The notes beneath the pieces are model-generated. The model saw only the letters and a program-made list of their open reading frames with translations, was not told the origin of the DNA and did not search any database. A stretch of DNA of 64,000 bases from Candidatus Latescibacterota bacterium (lineage in GTDB: Bacteria > Latescibacterota > UBA2968 > UBA8231): NCBI GenBank assembly GCA_965208105.1, contig OZ242318.1, positions 4,736,001-4,800,000 of the forward strand, in the 5' to 3' direction. The position numbers and the translations under genes were made by a program. Position 1 is the stretch's first letter; every line of letters begins with the position of its first letter. This document shows, piece after piece, positions 61,766 through 64,000 of the stretch.

Positions 61766-62479
61766 ATGGCCGCCAGGAAAAGAGAAAGAGGACCGGGAGG
61801 CGTCAGAGACTATGTTTCTTCCATTCTCGTCGCCGTGTGCCTGGCGCTGTTGATCCGCACCGCGGTGGTCCAGGCCTTCTTCATTCCCTCGGGTTCCATG
61901 GAGGATACCCTGCACGTGGGCGACTACCTCCTGGCCAATAAGTTCATCTACGGCGCTCCCATCGACATCATCGGCACCAACATCACCTTGCTGCGCCTGC
62001 CGCCGCTGCGCGAACCCCAACCCGGCGACATCGTCATTTTCCGCTCTCCCGCCGACCGGGACCGGGACCTGATCAAGCGCTGCGTGGCCGTGGGAGGGCA
62101 GCAGGTGGAGATCGTCGACAAGGTGCTCCACGTGGACGGGGAGCCATTCCTCGACCCCCCCAGGGCGAAGTACGCCGATCCCAGGACCTATTCCGCGGCG
62201 CTGCACGGGCGCGACAATTTCGGGCCATACTCCGTCCCCGAGGACCACTTCTTCATGATGGGGGACAACCGCGACAACAGCCAGGACAGCCGCTACTGGG
62301 GGCCGGTGCCGAGGGAGTTGATAAAGGGCAAGGCCATGATCATCTACTGGTCGTGGCGCGCCGACCGCCGGGGGCCGTATTACACCGGACCCGCTTCCAT
62401 TCCCGAGGTCATAGGAACCTATCTGTGGCGGCTTCCCGGCCGCATTCGCTATGGCCATCTCGGCGATGTCATCTACTGA
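61766..62479 (+). CDS. lepB: Signal peptidase I
   Basis: IPSGSMEDTL (catalytic Ser), IKRCV (catalytic Lys), GDNRDNSQDSRYWG. Confidence 0.93.
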   Translation: MAARKRERGPGGVRDYVSSILVAVCLALLIRTAVVQAFFIPSGSMEDTLHVGDYLLANKFIYGAPIDIIGTNITLLRLPPLREPQPGDIVIFRSPADRDRDLIKRCVAVGGQQVEIVDKVLHVDGEPFLDPPRAKYADPRTYSAALHGRDNFGPYSVPEDHFFMMGDNRDNSQDSRYWGPVPRELIKGKAMIIYWSWRADRRGPYYTGPASIPEVIGTYLWRLPGRIRYGHLGDVIY

Positions 62480-62506
62480 TCCTTCTTTCCCCCAGGATAC
62501 GGCCCC

Positions 62507-64000
62507 ATGAGCAGAGAAGATTTCCCCCACCAACGCGGCAGGGAGCCCGAGGAGTACGACCAGGATTCCGCCTGGGAAGATGGCTCCGACGGCGAGGTTC
62601 TGGAGATGGTGGACAAGCTCCTGTCCCTGGCCCCGGAGAGGGACCCCATGCGCCCGCTGCTCTACCGGCTGCGGCGCCAGCTCATGGAGCGGGAGATCAC
62701 CTACCAGGAGGCCCGGCGCACCATGGTCGAACTGGAAGGGGCCCTGGAGAAGGTGACGGCGCCGGCCAACCGCGTCGGGATCTACCTGGGCTCTCCCAGG
62801 GCGGGGATTGCCACCGTCTTCGTCGGCGGCTCGGAGTACTATGCCAACGTGGACCCGCGCCTAGACGCCGCCCGCCTCCAGGTGGGCGCCAGGGTCCTCA
62901 TCAACGAGGCCTACGCGGTCGTTGGTGACCTGGGCTACAGTCCCTCAGGTCCGGTGGCCAAGATCGTCAATCTCCTCGACGGGAACAGGCTGCGGGTGGC
63001 CCAGGAGCACAGTACTCAGGAAATCGTCCTCGAGCGCTCGGCGCGGCTCAGGGAGGTGAACCTCAAGGTGGGAGACGAGGTGCGTCTGGACCCCGCCTTC
63101 AAGGTTGCCCTGGAACGCCTGCAGGCGCGCAATTCCAGGGAGTATTTCCTCGAGGACGTGCCCAGCATGGACTGGTCCGAAATCGGCGGCCAGCAGGAGG
63201 CGATCCAGGCGATTCGCGATACCATCGAGCTGCCCGCGCTGCATCCCCAGCTGTTCGACAAGTTCCAGTATTCCACTCCCAAGGGCTTTCTGCTCTACGG
63301 GCCGCCCGGTTGCGGCAAGACTCTCATCGGCAAGGCCACCGCCTACAGTCTCGTCCAGCATCTCCGCCGCGAGGAGGGAATCGAGGTCGAAGAGTATTTC
63401 ATGCACATCAAGGGGCCGGAAATCCTCAACATGTGGCTGGGAGAGACCGAGCGCATGGTGCGCGAGGTTTTCGCCCAGGCCCGCGAGAAGCGCAAAGAGG
63501 GCTACCTGCCCTTCATCTTCATCGACGAGGCCGAATCCATCCTGGGGACGCGCCGCTCCATGCGCTCGCACCACATCGCCAACACCGTCGTTCCCATGTT
63601 CTGCACCGAGATGGACGGCATCGAGTCCCTGCACGACGCGGTCGTCATTCTGGCTTCAAACCGCCACGACCTCATCGACCCGGCCATTCTGCGGCCGGGA
63701 AGGGTCGACCGCAAGATCAAGGTCAGTCGGCCGGACCTCGAAGCTTCGCGCGACATCCTGGGGATCTACCTGAAGCCGGACCTGCCCCTGGATCCGCAGG
63801 AGGTTGCCAGGCACGGCAGCTCGGAGGCGGCTCGAGAGGCCCTCATCGCAACGACCATCGAGACCTTCTTCGCCAGGAACGAAGAGACCAGGTTCCTCGA
63901 GGTCGCCCTGCGCAGCGGCCGCCACGAGACCCTTCACTTCGGGGACCTCGCCAGCGGCGCCCTCATCGCCTCGATCGTCCAGCGGGCAAAGGAGACCGCC
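62507..64000 (+). CDS. Proteasome-associated AAA ATPase, ARC/Mpa family (partial, runs off the window)
   Basis: Hand translation: coiled coil then LEKVTAPANRVG OB domains, EDVP..W.EIGG, GPPGCGKT, IKGPEILNMWLGETER, FIDE, SNR.DLIDPAILRPGRVD. Confidence 0.85.
   Translation, partial: MSREDFPHQRGREPEEYDQDSAWEDGSDGEVLEMVDKLLSLAPERDPMRPLLYRLRRQLMEREITYQEARRTMVELEGALEKVTAPANRVGIYLGSPRAGIATVFVGGSEYYANVDPRLDAARLQVGARVLINEAYAVVGDLGYSPSGPVAKIVNLLDGNRLRVAQEHSTQEIVLERSARLREVNLKVGDEVRLDPAFKVALERLQARNSREYFLEDVPSMDWSEIGGQQEAIQAIRDTIELPALHPQLFDKFQYSTPKGFLLYGPPGCGKTLIGKATAYSLVQHLRREEGIEVEEYFMHIKGPEILNMWLGETERMVREVFAQAREKRKEGYLPFIFIDEAESILGTRRSMRSHHIANTVVPMFCTEMDGIESLHDAVVILASNRHDLIDPAILRPGRVDRKIKVSRPDLEASRDILGIYLKPDLPLDPQEVARHGSSEAAREALIATTIETFFARNEETRFLEVALRSGRHETLHFGDLASGALIASIVQRAKETA

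Overview
Bacterial chromosomal window in two halves. About 0.5-31 kb (+ strand) is the core transcription/translation supercluster: greA, a triple zinc-finger ORF, tRNA-Gly/Thr/Trp, rpmG-secE-nusG-rplKAJL-rpoBC, the str operon and the S10-spc-alpha operons. It is anomalous in several ways: rplC (L3) is missing from the S10 operon; adk/map/infA and tufB/tRNA-Tyr are missing from their usual places; L36 is C-terminally extended; rplF has a one-base frameshift, probably an error; and there are native substitutions at classical rifampicin (RpoB D516, S522) and streptomycin (S12 K43R) resistance sites. About 31-64 kb is a GC-richer metabolic/accessory region: a GH32-like hydrolase, four Gfo/Idh/MocA oxidoreductases, MATE and BCCT transporters, two ThDP enzymes, three PhyH-family Fe/2OG enzymes (two lack the HxD/E carboxylate ligand, so they are halogenase-like), a triple-DUF5069 protein, a TonB-dependent receptor, an archaeal-type topoisomerase VI operon, a tdh-kbl threonine catabolic cluster, a sulfotransferase, signal peptidase I and a truncated proteasomal ARC/Mpa-type ATPase. 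Small (about 167 bp) MITE-like elements sit exactly on TAG stop codons. The gene content suggests a diderm candidate-phylum organism such as Latescibacterota/Handelsmanbacteria/Poribacteria (inference only). No CRISPR array, rRNA or transposase was seen.
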